This document shows, piece after piece, positions 1 to 9,031 of a DNA stretch of 64,000 bases. Made by a program: the position numbers and the translations under genes. A model generated the notes under the pieces. It did not search any database. It was not told the DNA's origin and worked only from the letters and a program-made list of their open reading frames with translations. Each line of letters begins with the position of its first letter. The first letter of the stretch is position 1. This DNA is from Bacteroidales bacterium (GTDB taxonomy: Bacteria > Bacteroidota > Bacteroidia > Bacteroidales > VadinHA17): NCBI GenBank assembly GCA_021157415.1, contig JAGGWN010000094.1, positions 33,892-97,891 on the forward strand. The letters run 5' to 3'.

Positions 1-1139
1 TTGGCAAACATTTTCTTCCCGTTGATCAGGAAAGTCCAGGGATAGGCTTTGGTCACTTTTCCTATCCGCCATTGCGACATACCCTTCAGTGATTCGTCAA
101 CTTTTTCATTATCAACCATCCTGAGTTCTCTGATACCAAACTGTGTTCCCACTTTGTCGGAGATCCTTTCCCCGGTTTTTGCTGTGAGCTCCAGTACATA
201 AAGCGGATGATCGCCCATGCCATTAGGCCACCAAAGTTTGGGGTCTTTGATCTCTAGGGTCGTGGTCAAGGTCTCAGACTCTTTCCCTGACAGTTCAATT
301 TTCTGCAAAAAAGAACCTACCTCGTTGGTTTTTCCTTTTTCCCGTATAATTCCTTGTACCTGTACTTTTTCTGTTTTTTCATCCAGGTTACTCACGTCAT
401 ATTTTATTTTCAGTTGGGCCGGCTTTCCGGGATTTACAGTGGATAAAACATAAGGGTGATCAACACGTATCGTCCCTGAATATTTTAATACAACGGGTTG
501 CCAGATGCCAACCGGGACCATATGGGGAGCCCAGTCCCATCCATAACAACACTGTGCTATGGAATAAAGCTGGTCTCTGTTCACCTCGAATGATAAATCT
601 CTTGTTTTGGGGTTACGGGTAGCATCTCCCGGAGCCTGCAACCTGACGGCAAGACGGTTGTTCCCGCCGGGTTTCAAAAAACCGGTAACATCAAACGAAC
701 GTGGATTAAACATGCCTTTCAATATTCCTATCTTTTTTCCGTTCAGCCATACATCTCCTTTAAATACAGTCCCTTCAAACCGCAGGATTATTTTTCTGTT
801 TTTCAGTGCAGCGTTGGTCCTGAAATCTTTAAAAAACCACCATTCCCGGGATTCCACCCACAATGATTTCTCATTGTTATATCCATAATACGGGTCGGGT
901 ATCTTCCCGGCTTTCAAAAGCGCCTGCCGTACCGTACCCGGGATACTGGCAGGAATACTCCCTTCAATTTTATAATCAGGAAGATAGGCTTTTTCAACTA
1001 CACCACTGCCCGGGTCAAAATCTTTTAATTGCCAGGTACCTGAAAGATCCACAAGGCCTTCGTTGTCTTGTTTTGCACAGGATTGCATCATCATGACTCC
1101 TGCGAAAATTACCGTAAGAAAAAAAACATATCTTTTCAT
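1..1139 (-). CDS. GH2 beta-mannosidase-like glycoside hydrolase, N-terminal 379 codons (rest lies beyond window start)
   Basis: Not in the ORF track because there is no stop inside the window. I translated the minus strand from ATG at 1139-1137, and the frame stays open down to position 3. Translation: MKRYVFFLTVIFAGVMMMQSCAKQ (lipoprotein-type signal) ...LSGTWQLKDF..SIPGTVRQALLKAGKIPDPYYGYNNEKSLWVESREWWFFKDF..ILRFEGTVFKGDVWLNGKKIG..CCYGWDWAPHMVPVGIWQPV..LWWPNGMGDHPLY..TFLINGKKMFAK. These are hallmark beta-mannosidase/GH2 N-terminal motifs. Confidence 0.75.
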   Translation of the reverse strand, partial: MKRYVFFLTVIFAGVMMMQSCAKQDNEGLVDLSGTWQLKDFDPGSGVVEKAYLPDYKIEGSIPASIPGTVRQALLKAGKIPDPYYGYNNEKSLWVESREWWFFKDFRTNAALKNRKIILRFEGTVFKGDVWLNGKKIGILKGMFNPRSFDVTGFLKPGGNNRLAVRLQAPGDATRNPKTRDLSFEVNRDQLYSIAQCCYGWDWAPHMVPVGIWQPVVLKYSGTIRVDHPYVLSTVNPGKPAQLKIKYDVSNLDEKTEKVQVQGIIREKGKTNEVGSFLQKIELSGKESETLTTTLEIKDPKLWWPNGMGDHPLYVLELTAKTGERISDKVGTQFGIRELRMVDNEKVDESLKGMSQWRIGKVTKAYPWTFLINGKKMFA

Positions 1140-1329
1140 GATTTTGTAATTTATATTTTATGAAGCCAATTAAATTCATAGTCTGTCCTTCCGATCATTT
1201 TTAAAAAAGAAATCTTACAACGAAGATATGTAAAAAAAGATGAAATCAGACCGGTTAAAGCGGAAATTGGGTTCCTGCATTTCGTAACGCTCCGGTATAT
1301 TGCCGAACCGGGAGGTTTGTCGTGCTTGT

Positions 1330-1806
1330 TTATAAGTCCGGGACAAGGGTAATCACCGCTATCTCGCTATATGTTCCCACACGCATAGGCGGACCGAAAG
1401 TGCCGGCGCCCTGCGATACAAAGATCCGGGTGCCCTGGTAATCATGAAATCCTTTATTGTAGGTGTGTACCATGGCCGCTATGAACGTCAGCGGAAATAA
1501 CTGGCCCCCGTGCGTGTGTCCTGCCAGATAAAGGTCTATGCCTTGCTTCCGGGCATAACGGATCCCTTTGGGACTGTGGTGAAGCAAAATGGCCGGTTTA
1601 TCCTTATCAACAGACAACCGCGACAGTACTTCCTGCATTGTTTCTGTCGCATCACGGGCATGCATATCTCTTTTTTGCCTGTCGGCTTGCAGATCATTCA
1701 ACCCTACTACCTGCAGACCCTCAAACCATACAACCTCATTCTCCAGCACCCTGACGCCCGCTTCTCTCAATTTTTTCTTGATAAGTTTTTTCGGTGTATC
1801 ATTCAT
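1330..1806 (-). pseudogene. Metallophosphoesterase C-terminal fragment (motifs I-III missing)
   Basis: The 158-aa ORF carries only the late calcineurin-like motifs (LLHHSP, GHTHGGQ). It has no DxH, GDxxD or GNHE motif in its own frame. Its ATG overlaps the GH2 stop in ATGAATGA. See the finding on the GNHE scar. Confidence 0.55.
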
Positions 1807-4318
1807 GGTTTCCTTCCAACACGAATCTCTTTTGATGTTTCAATCCCTTGTTTGTTTCGGTTCTGAGAAATATATCAGGTGCCTTATAGGTCGATATTAA
1901 AAAGGTAGCGATACCTGCTTCGGCTTTCACCTTTTCAGGAGAAAGGATCTCTGCCCCTGTAGCTTTCAGCATAACCGACGTATGGTCATCTTTCACACAC
2001 AATGTTCCGTTCTCATCAATCAATTTCACATAGACAAACAACACATCTTTTTCTCCCTTCACCGGCTTTCTGTGCGAAAAATCCGTTACAATCTCCAGCC
2101 CGGCAGCGGGTCCCGGGGTCAGTACGGTCTGGCGGGCAACCATTTTTCCATGGATATAACCAAGAGCGGTAACCTTTCCTTTCTCCCATTGCACTTTTGT
2201 AAACGTAAAAGGCGGATGCACCAGGTGCCTGCAGTTGTCTCCATTGAAGGGATGGCCTCCCTCCCAGGGATTCTCTCCTTCGTAGAAATAGGGGGTATCC
2301 GGTCCGTTGTCCGGTTTCTGCCGTGTTATCATTTTTCCGTTTACCTGCAGCTCCACCTCATCCACGTTACCATACACTACCACCTTCCGCACCGGGTTCC
2401 CTTCTGCCCAATAATTGGCAATATATACTTCAGGATTCATGAGCCCCTTCGCCAGCCTATGGCCGGGATCGACCTGTGACCTGTAAAAATGCCAGGTGAA
2501 CTTGGGGATGCGGAAGATATCAGAGGCGCCGCTGGCAGAGATTGTCGGGCAACATCCCCGGTTGTGATCAAACATTTCCCAGGTAGCATTGCCGTTGGTC
2601 CAGGGATAATAAGCATTGTAACGGTTCAAAGACCACTGAAAATTCCAGGCTGACTGCAAAAGATTCTGTTCACCGTCGCCGCGGCGTTGTCGCGATGTAC
2701 TTTGGTTTCCCCCAAACTCATAATCCCCGTATTCGCGGATAAAACCCGGCTTTTTACTGTCGTTGGGACGGGTAAAATCTCTGTGCCAGTCATTGTAAAG
2801 CACATCCCACACAAAGCTGCCATACATATCACCGGAGGTATAACACTGGTCGCCAGGATATTCCTCATGAGCAATAGCATAGGCTTTTTTCTTCCACCAC
2901 CCCGGTAGCCAGGCTTCGTTCAGAACGGTCTCCCACAACACTACCGAAGGATGGTTACGGTCGCGCCGGATCATGTCTCTTATATCCCGAAAAGTACGGG
3001 AGACAAAGAGCGTATCCGCATTGAAAAACTGCCAGCCGGGGATACAGTCTATGACCAGCAGCCCCAGTTCGTCGCATGCATCCAGTACGGCAGGATCCTG
3101 GGGATAATGTGCCAGCCGCACAATGTTGAATCCTCCCTCTTTTATTTTCACCATATCGCGGTATTGTGCATTGTCCGGAACAGCATTCCCGATGTACGGA
3201 TATTCCTGGTGACGATTGGTGCCTGTCAGTTTAACGGGCTTCCCATTCAGCAGAAAACCTTTATTCCGGGTAAAGGCAAACCGGCGTATTCCTATACGGG
3301 TATATACTTTGTCCAGGTATTTGCCGTCCTTTTCGATCCTGGTCTCCAGCCGGTACAGATAAGGGTCATCCGTATCCCAGAGATGGGGTTGCTCCAGCAC
3401 CATTCTCTGTTCTGCCACAAGCGTGTCTTTACCGGTCATATTCATCCGCTGAATCACCCGATCTTTAACTTTCCGGTTTTTGTCATACAATACCTGCACG
3501 ACCGATACCGTCACATCTCCGGCCAGTTCGTTAAAAACGGTGGTCCGGATACGAATTGTAGCCCTTTTCCTGGTTGCTTCGGGAAAGGTAACAAACACCC
3601 CGCCACCAGCAGGTATTCCGGCAGTTACCGGATCGGGGATATAAACCCTGCCGGTCTTAATCAGATATACATCCCGATAGAGGCCACTGTAATAACAAAA
3701 GTCAAGTCTGTTCGAAGGTTTGCCCGGAGGGATCAACGGATTGTCCCGGTTGTCCAGCCGTACCAGCACCTCGTTGGTATCTCCACACGTGATCAACGGA
3801 TTCAGAAAAATCTCAAAGGGAGTATAGCCTCCGTCATGCACAGCCGCTTTCTTGCCATTGATCCATACCATAGCTTCCTGCATGGCCCCTTCAAAATGCA
3901 GGAAGAGGTTATGAGAGGTATCCGCTACCGGAACAAAAAAGCGCTTGCGATAATAAGAGATACCCTGCCAGGGATGTTTGATCACCAAAGGCTCGATATA
4001 AGCCGTATGAGGCAAGGTCACAGATTCCCATCTCTTTGCCCGGATAATATGAAACTCTTTCTCCCAATCATTTTGCAGATGGTTTTCCGTCCTTTCCGTC
4101 CGTACTCTCTCGATATTGTATTGCGACTCCCAGTCACGACCGGTCTGTACTTCCTGTTTTCGCACTAAGGTGGTGTCTGCATTTTCCAGGCGAATAAAAT
4201 ACCAGCCATCTGAAAAAAGGGTCTTGCGGTTATTTCGGTTTCCCGGAATTGTACAAGAAAAACCAATAGTCATCAATAATAAAAGAAGCAAAAAATGCGA
4301 TAATCTTTTTTTCTGCAT
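1799..4318 (-). CDS. Glycoside hydrolase family 2 (beta-galactosidase/beta-glucuronidase-type), secreted
   Basis: 839-aa track ORF with signal peptide MQKKRLSHFLLLLLLMTIGFSC. GH2 motifs: LHFEGAMQEAMVWINGK, NIVRLAHYPQDPAVLDACDELGLLV, NHPSVVLWETVLNEAW, FIREYGDYEFG. Confidence 0.85.
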   Translation of the reverse strand: MQKKRLSHFLLLLLLMTIGFSCTIPGNRNNRKTLFSDGWYFIRLENADTTLVRKQEVQTGRDWESQYNIERVRTERTENHLQNDWEKEFHIIRAKRWESVTLPHTAYIEPLVIKHPWQGISYYRKRFFVPVADTSHNLFLHFEGAMQEAMVWINGKKAAVHDGGYTPFEIFLNPLITCGDTNEVLVRLDNRDNPLIPPGKPSNRLDFCYYSGLYRDVYLIKTGRVYIPDPVTAGIPAGGGVFVTFPEATRKRATIRIRTTVFNELAGDVTVSVVQVLYDKNRKVKDRVIQRMNMTGKDTLVAEQRMVLEQPHLWDTDDPYLYRLETRIEKDGKYLDKVYTRIGIRRFAFTRNKGFLLNGKPVKLTGTNRHQEYPYIGNAVPDNAQYRDMVKIKEGGFNIVRLAHYPQDPAVLDACDELGLLVIDCIPGWQFFNADTLFVSRTFRDIRDMIRRDRNHPSVVLWETVLNEAWLPGWWKKKAYAIAHEEYPGDQCYTSGDMYGSFVWDVLYNDWHRDFTRPNDSKKPGFIREYGDYEFGGNQSTSRQRRGDGEQNLLQSAWNFQWSLNRYNAYYPWTNGNATWEMFDHNRGCCPTISASGASDIFRIPKFTWHFYRSQVDPGHRLAKGLMNPEVYIANYWAEGNPVRKVVVYGNVDEVELQVNGKMITRQKPDNGPDTPYFYEGENPWEGGHPFNGDNCRHLVHPPFTFTKVQWEKGKVTALGYIHGKMVARQTVLTPGPAAGLEIVTDFSHRKPVKGEKDVLFVYVKLIDENGTLCVKDDHTSVMLKATGAEILSPEKVKAEAGIATFLISTYKAPDIFLRTETNKGLKHQKRFVLEGNHE

Positions 4319-4492
4319 AAGTAAATGTGATGTTCATATCATACTTTGTAAATATAGTAAATGTATAAATGTATTTTACATTGTTGTCAGTCCGTGCTTT
4401 TTGTGATGATCCAATCTCTACTTTGAGTATGGATCATAAGAGCCATCCATAACCATTTTTACTTTTCCCAAATACTCAAATCCATTTTTCAA

Positions 4493-4864
4493 CTATTTAT
4501 TAGGGGTCATTGTCCATCTCATACCCCCACAGCGGTAAACGTGGTTGGTAATGCCCATTGACAAATGTACACCATCCCACATAGAAAGTCAAGAAATATT
4601 TTTTCTCAGTTCACCTATGGCATGAAGCCACCGTAGCGTGGCGCAGCCTTTGCCTTTTCTGCAAAGGATGTGACACGCGTAAACGGTAGGATTTAATGAT
4701 TTGTTAGGATGCCGGTACATGGAAACAAAACACGAATGGAATGCATCTTTTATGCCTTCCATATATTTCTTGTATTGTTCCCCAAAATATTGCATACACT
4801 CATTCTCATCTGCTCTGGCAGTTGCCAATAGGGTTACATTTGCATATGCAATGATTCGATGAAT
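4493..4864 (-). pseudogene. Degenerate IS200/IS605-type (Y1/HUH) transposase-like gene remnant
   Basis: The minus-strand frame containing track ORF 4589..4828 opens at 4864 without an ATG: IHRIIAYANVTLLATARADENECMQYFGEQYKKYMEGIKD..HSCFVSMYRHPNKSLNP..ATLRWLH..NIS*LSMWDGVHLSMGITNHVY... It is interrupted by an in-frame TGA at 4589-4591. It is collinear, from memory, with Bacteroides IS200-like proteins (YHIVF.TK.R...L.KYIWG....DH.HI...LHP..SL......W.....GWQEGY.AF). The HUH position reads HSC. Confidence 0.35.
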
Positions 4865-4915
4865 CTAAATCAGGCCTGATCGCAATGTAAATAGTCCCAA
4901 TCCGTTTTTTTATTT

Positions 4916-4923
4916 TATTTTTG
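4916..4923 (+). promoter_or_regulatory. Candidate Bacteroidetes -7 promoter box (TAnnTTTG)
   Basis: TATTTTTG at 4916-4923 matches the TAnnTTTG consensus of sigma-AB promoters. It ends 17 nt upstream of the ATG at 4940. No clean -33 TTTG was seen. Confidence 0.3.
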
Positions 4924-4936
4924 TCAAAATTTTCCT

Positions 4937-5968
4937 TTGATGAAACAAGCGCTTAAACAGTTTCTGGCCCGGCAAATGATAAAACACCGGAAAAACCGGA
5001 GGGATTCTGTTTCGGAACTTGAGCGTCTGCATACGCAGCAAAAAACGCCGGGGTACAATGACAGTATTTATTTTTCAGGATGGCAGACCGACGGCCTCTC
5101 TTTCGTTACCCGTCAGGCTTTCCGATCAGACAAACCCAATGAGAACTGGCTAAAGATCCACATCCCCGGCGAAGGAACATGGGGTTTCGAGAACAGGGAC
5201 CTGCCAGCCGGCAACGGTTTTGCTCAGGGAAAGTTGGAATACCTCAGTGAAATACCCGGAAAACACTGGATATTAAAATATAACGGACCTATATTTAAAG
5301 ATAACCTTGAAGAGGATATTTTGCTGAACATTTCATGGGAAGGGATCGGGCCAGTGATTGATTTTGACAGGGAGGGTGCTTTGCTGAAGAATACGGCCCG
5401 CCGCATTGCGGCAGAGCCTTGGAATAGCAATTTTTTCAGAAAACTGAAAGAACTATACAAGGTACATTACGAACAGGCCGGTACCGTCCGGGGAAAAATT
5501 GTCTGGCAGGGAAAAGAGGTCCCGCTGACCGGCCACGGAGTACGCGATCACAGTTTCGGCAGGCGCTCTTGGGAAGGTTGGGAACGTCACATCTGGTTCC
5601 TGGGGGTGCTGGAAGACGGACATTATTTCAACGCCAGCATTATCGACTACGATTTTCTAAAAGATCTTAAAGCCGGTTATCTCGGCGATGCCTCGGCATT
5701 AGTGACAATGGCCGATCTTCCTTCTTTCGGTGATCTCGCCCTGAAAGAACCTTTGCCTGCGGAAACAGAGCTGCCGTTGCAGATCCGTCCCGGAGAAAAG
5801 GAAAAGTTGCTGAAGGTAAAGATGAAAGCCTTTTTCCCTTTCCTGATGGATAATACATACCACATCCGGCAGGCGCTGGCACACTTCAAGCTGGACGGTG
5901 TGCCCGGGATGGGGATCGCGGAAATGGGTATAAATGTTGAAAAATATGGAATGGATCTCTCCTATTGA
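4937..5968 (+). CDS. Hypothetical cytoplasmic protein (unknown family), first gene of a two-gene operon
   Basis: 343-aa track ORF (TTG at 4937, ATG at 4940) with no signal peptide. The only notable motif is GHGVRDHSFGRRSWEGWERHIWF. It overlaps the next gene by 35 nt. Confidence 0.6.
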   Translation: MMKQALKQFLARQMIKHRKNRRDSVSELERLHTQQKTPGYNDSIYFSGWQTDGLSFVTRQAFRSDKPNENWLKIHIPGEGTWGFENRDLPAGNGFAQGKLEYLSEIPGKHWILKYNGPIFKDNLEEDILLNISWEGIGPVIDFDREGALLKNTARRIAAEPWNSNFFRKLKELYKVHYEQAGTVRGKIVWQGKEVPLTGHGVRDHSFGRRSWEGWERHIWFLGVLEDGHYFNASIIDYDFLKDLKAGYLGDASALVTMADLPSFGDLALKEPLPAETELPLQIRPGEKEKLLKVKMKAFFPFLMDNTYHIRQALAHFKLDGVPGMGIAEMGINVEKYGMDLSY

Positions 5969-8315
5969 CCGGCTTCCGAAGAACGAGGGAGGAGGCAAAG
6001 CCGCAGGTCTTGCGCTATTGAAACGGTTGGGAAAGAATATCCCTGCCACCTGGATCATTACCACCTTTGATTCGGAGGCATTGACTTCTTTCATTGCCTC
6101 TCTGCCACCTGACAAAACCTGGGCTGTCCGCTCTTCTGCCGCCGGCGAAGACAGTGCAGCAGCCTCTTTTGCCGGCCAATATATAACTTATCTGCACGTA
6201 AAAGGAGAAGAACAGATACTGAAATCCATACGACAATGTTTTGCGTCCGCCAGGTCGGAACGGGCAAATACCTACAAGAAACATATGAAAACCGGAAAAA
6301 CCGGGATGCATGTTATCCTTCAGGAAATGATCGTCCCCAAAGTCTCCGGAGTTCTTTTTACGGTAGACCCTGTTTCCAACCGCCACGACAAGATCAGTCT
6401 GAGTATGGTCACAGGCACAGCCGACCAGCTTATGTCGGGCACCCGGGAAGGAGAAACCCTCCTGTTCTATAAACAAAGATGGAACCAAAATAAAAGCCGT
6501 TTTATCCCACCGGAAAGCTTCCGGCAACTGGTACGCGAAGCATTGGAGATTGAAGAAAGATATGGTCAACCGGTTGATCTGGAATGGGTTTTTGACAACA
6601 ATGGGTTTCTTTATTGGCTGCAGCTACGGCCTGTAACCGGGCTGGATACGGTACACATGAACGAGCTGGATCACAAACCCCGCTATCCCAATCCCATTTA
6701 TACCCGGGGAAATATTGGGGAAATGATGCCCGGTCCCGTAACCCCGCTTACCCTCTCTACTTTTGGAAAAGCCATCGATCGCGGTCTGCAGGTGTTTTAT
6801 AAAAAAGCAGGGGTATTGTCATCCCTGTCCGAAGAATACATCTTTGTGCACTCCTATTACAATCATCTCTTTTTTGATATCAATGCCCTATATCAAATGG
6901 CCAAAAGAGTATGGTTGACCTCCCGCGAAAACGTCGATTTTTCCGTTATCGGGGAGCTGGTCCCGAATGTTGAAGTAAAACCGGATATTCCTCTTTGGAA
7001 ACGTATGATGAATTTCATCCGGGTTACCGTGTACATGCTGCATGGACCGAAAGCCGTAGTATTATTGCGCAAACTGGAAAGTCGTTTCCGGCTTGATTGT
7101 CCGGATGATCCCCGGGATTGTTACCGTCTGATCTCGGAGAATATGCAAGTACTGTTCGATGCCTATGACCTGCATTATATTTCTTCTTCCCAATCGGGAG
7201 GATATTTCACATCTATCCTGAATATCTATTCCGGAGGCAAGCCTCCCCTGCCCGAACATTATGAGAAGGTAGCCCGTCTTTTCACCAATATACCGGACAT
7301 AGAAAGCGTACAGGTGTTACATGCCATGGATGCACTGGCAGAGACACTGGCAAATATTCCCCGGATACGCCGGGATTTTCTGGAGGCTCCTGTAGATGAA
7401 GCCATACGTTATCTCTCTTCAAAAGCTCCGGACAACATACGTAAGGCCTGGGCAGCATTTCTGCAACGTCATGGTCACCGTTGTGTTCGTGAAGCAGAGA
7501 TGAGGGAAAAAGAATGGGCCCGGGACCCTGCTCCTGTCGTTGAGGGTCTGAAAGGGAAAATAGCTCTTTTGCTGGAAGGAAAAACCATACTTCGGAACGT
7601 TGATAAAGAAAATTATAATTTCCGGGAAGACCATAAACTTTCCCGTTTCAAAAAGTTGCTTATCCGTTGGCTTCTTCCCAGGGCCCGGAAATCGGTAGCA
7701 CGGCGTGAGCAGACCAAGGCCCTGGCGATCCTGGTACAATACCGTTTTAAGGTTGCTTACCAGCACCTTGCTAAACTCTTGGTCAATGCGGGCTTACTTC
7801 AGGATCCGGATCTTATCTTTTTCCTGACCCACCGGGAGTTAGGACACTTACTGGAGGGTGCCGGAATTAAAGAATGTGAAAAAATCGCCGGAAAACGCCG
7901 GTCTCTTTTTAAAGAAATGCAGCAATTCTCATTTCCTGATCTGACTTTCGGGATCCCTGTGCCGGAAGAAAGTAAAATTCTGAGTCCGGATGCAGGAAAC
8001 CTGACAGGCATCCCTGTCAGCCGAGGTATAGCCGAAGGGAAGGTGCGATTGGTACATTCCCTGTCTGAAGCACGCAGTCTGCAGGAAGGAGAGATTATGG
8101 TCTCCAAATATACCGATATAGGCTGGACCCCCTTTTACAGCATTATCAGTGGCATGATCACCGAAATTGGCAGTCCCCTGTCTCATGGCGCTGTAGTAGC
8201 CCGCGAATACAACTTGCCGGCCCTGGTGAGTGTAAAAGGAGCCATGAACCAACTGAGGACCGGACAACTTATCAGACTGGATGCTATAAAAGGAAAAGTA
8301 AAAATACTGAATTGA
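5934..8315 (+). CDS. PEP-utilising enzyme family phosphotransferase (PPDK_N ATP-grasp + C-terminal swivel phosphohistidine domain; rifampin-phosphotransferase/PpsA-like architecture)
   Basis: 793 aa. N-terminus GGGKAAGLALLKRLGKNIP matches the PEP/pyruvate-binding ATP-grasp domain. The C-terminus TDIGWTPFYSIISGMITEIGSPLSHGAVVAREYNLPALV matches the mobile His domain. Confidence 0.8.
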   Translation: MLKNMEWISPIDRLPKNEGGGKAAGLALLKRLGKNIPATWIITTFDSEALTSFIASLPPDKTWAVRSSAAGEDSAAASFAGQYITYLHVKGEEQILKSIRQCFASARSERANTYKKHMKTGKTGMHVILQEMIVPKVSGVLFTVDPVSNRHDKISLSMVTGTADQLMSGTREGETLLFYKQRWNQNKSRFIPPESFRQLVREALEIEERYGQPVDLEWVFDNNGFLYWLQLRPVTGLDTVHMNELDHKPRYPNPIYTRGNIGEMMPGPVTPLTLSTFGKAIDRGLQVFYKKAGVLSSLSEEYIFVHSYYNHLFFDINALYQMAKRVWLTSRENVDFSVIGELVPNVEVKPDIPLWKRMMNFIRVTVYMLHGPKAVVLLRKLESRFRLDCPDDPRDCYRLISENMQVLFDAYDLHYISSSQSGGYFTSILNIYSGGKPPLPEHYEKVARLFTNIPDIESVQVLHAMDALAETLANIPRIRRDFLEAPVDEAIRYLSSKAPDNIRKAWAAFLQRHGHRCVREAEMREKEWARDPAPVVEGLKGKIALLLEGKTILRNVDKENYNFREDHKLSRFKKLLIRWLLPRARKSVARREQTKALAILVQYRFKVAYQHLAKLLVNAGLLQDPDLIFFLTHRELGHLLEGAGIKECEKIAGKRRSLFKEMQQFSFPDLTFGIPVPEESKILSPDAGNLTGIPVSRGIAEGKVRLVHSLSEARSLQEGEIMVSKYTDIGWTPFYSIISGMITEIGSPLSHGAVVAREYNLPALVSVKGAMNQLRTGQLIRLDAIKGKVKILN

Positions 8316-8374
8316 CCCAGGATTCTGTAACCGGAATGATCCATTGTTGAATCCTCTGTTGAATAAATGAATCT

Positions 8375-8397
8375 CCCCGCTGCACAAGCAGTCGGGG
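8375..8397 (+). terminator. Candidate intrinsic terminator hairpin
   Basis: CCCCGCTGC-ACAA-GCAGTCGGGG forms a 9-bp stem with one bulged T, about 60 nt after the stop at 8315. There is no strong T-run. Confidence 0.4.
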
Positions 8398-8500
8398 TAT
8401 CATTATGTAATTATATTTGCCGGTGACGGCGTGAAATTAACACCTCATTGGTCCGTCCCCTGACTGATTGTCCTCTTTTGCAGGATTAAAAGACCTGATT

Positions 8501-9031
8501 ATGAAAAAACTTATTTGGATTGTCATCGTATTTGCGGCTTTTGACTTTTGTCTGTTCAGTCAAAATACGCCGGTACCTGATAAATACGGATTTATTGTCC
8601 GAGTGGGACAGCAGGCGCCGGATTTCACCATCCGGTATGCCGACGACAGGAAACCGGAAAAACTCAGCAGCCTGAAAGGGAAGGTGGTCTTACTACAGTT
8701 TACCGCCAGTTGGTGCAGTGTATGCAGGAAAGAAATGCCTCACCTGGAAAAGTTATGGCAGGAGAACAAAAACAAGAACTTCAGGATGATCGGCATTGAC
8801 CTGAAAGAATCCCGCGAAAAAACACTGGGGTTTGCCCGGGAAATGAAAATCACGTACCCTCTGGCATTGGATCCCGGCGGAGAAATATTCTATCGTTATG
8901 CGGCACAGGGCGCCGGTGTTACCCGTAATATCGTCATCGACGCGACAGGAAAGATCGTCTATGTCACACGGTTGTATGACGAAAAAACATTTTCCGGCAT
9001 GGTACATAAGCTGGATGAGATGCTCAAATAA
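8501..9031 (+). CDS. TlpA-like thiol:disulfide oxidoreductase (thioredoxin fold)
   Basis: The track ORF starts at TTG 8468. The ATG at 8501 gives MKKLIWIVIVFAAFDFCLF (signal/anchor). It has a WCSVC CxxC motif in AhpC/TSA-type context (GKVVLLQFTASWCSVCRKEMP). Confidence 0.8.
   Translation: MKKLIWIVIVFAAFDFCLFSQNTPVPDKYGFIVRVGQQAPDFTIRYADDRKPEKLSSLKGKVVLLQFTASWCSVCRKEMPHLEKLWQENKNKNFRMIGIDLKESREKTLGFAREMKITYPLALDPGGEIFYRYAAQGAGVTRNIVIDATGKIVYVTRLYDEKTFSGMVHKLDEMLK

Noticed and set aside
2951-4168. A 405-aa plus-strand ORF fully embedded antisense to the GH2 gene.
   Set aside because: The opposite strand carries an unambiguous GH2 protein with conserved motifs. The 405-aa translation is low-complexity, Cys/His/Arg/Phe/Ile-rich, and has no motif. 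It is a typical shadow ORF on the antisense strand of a long gene.
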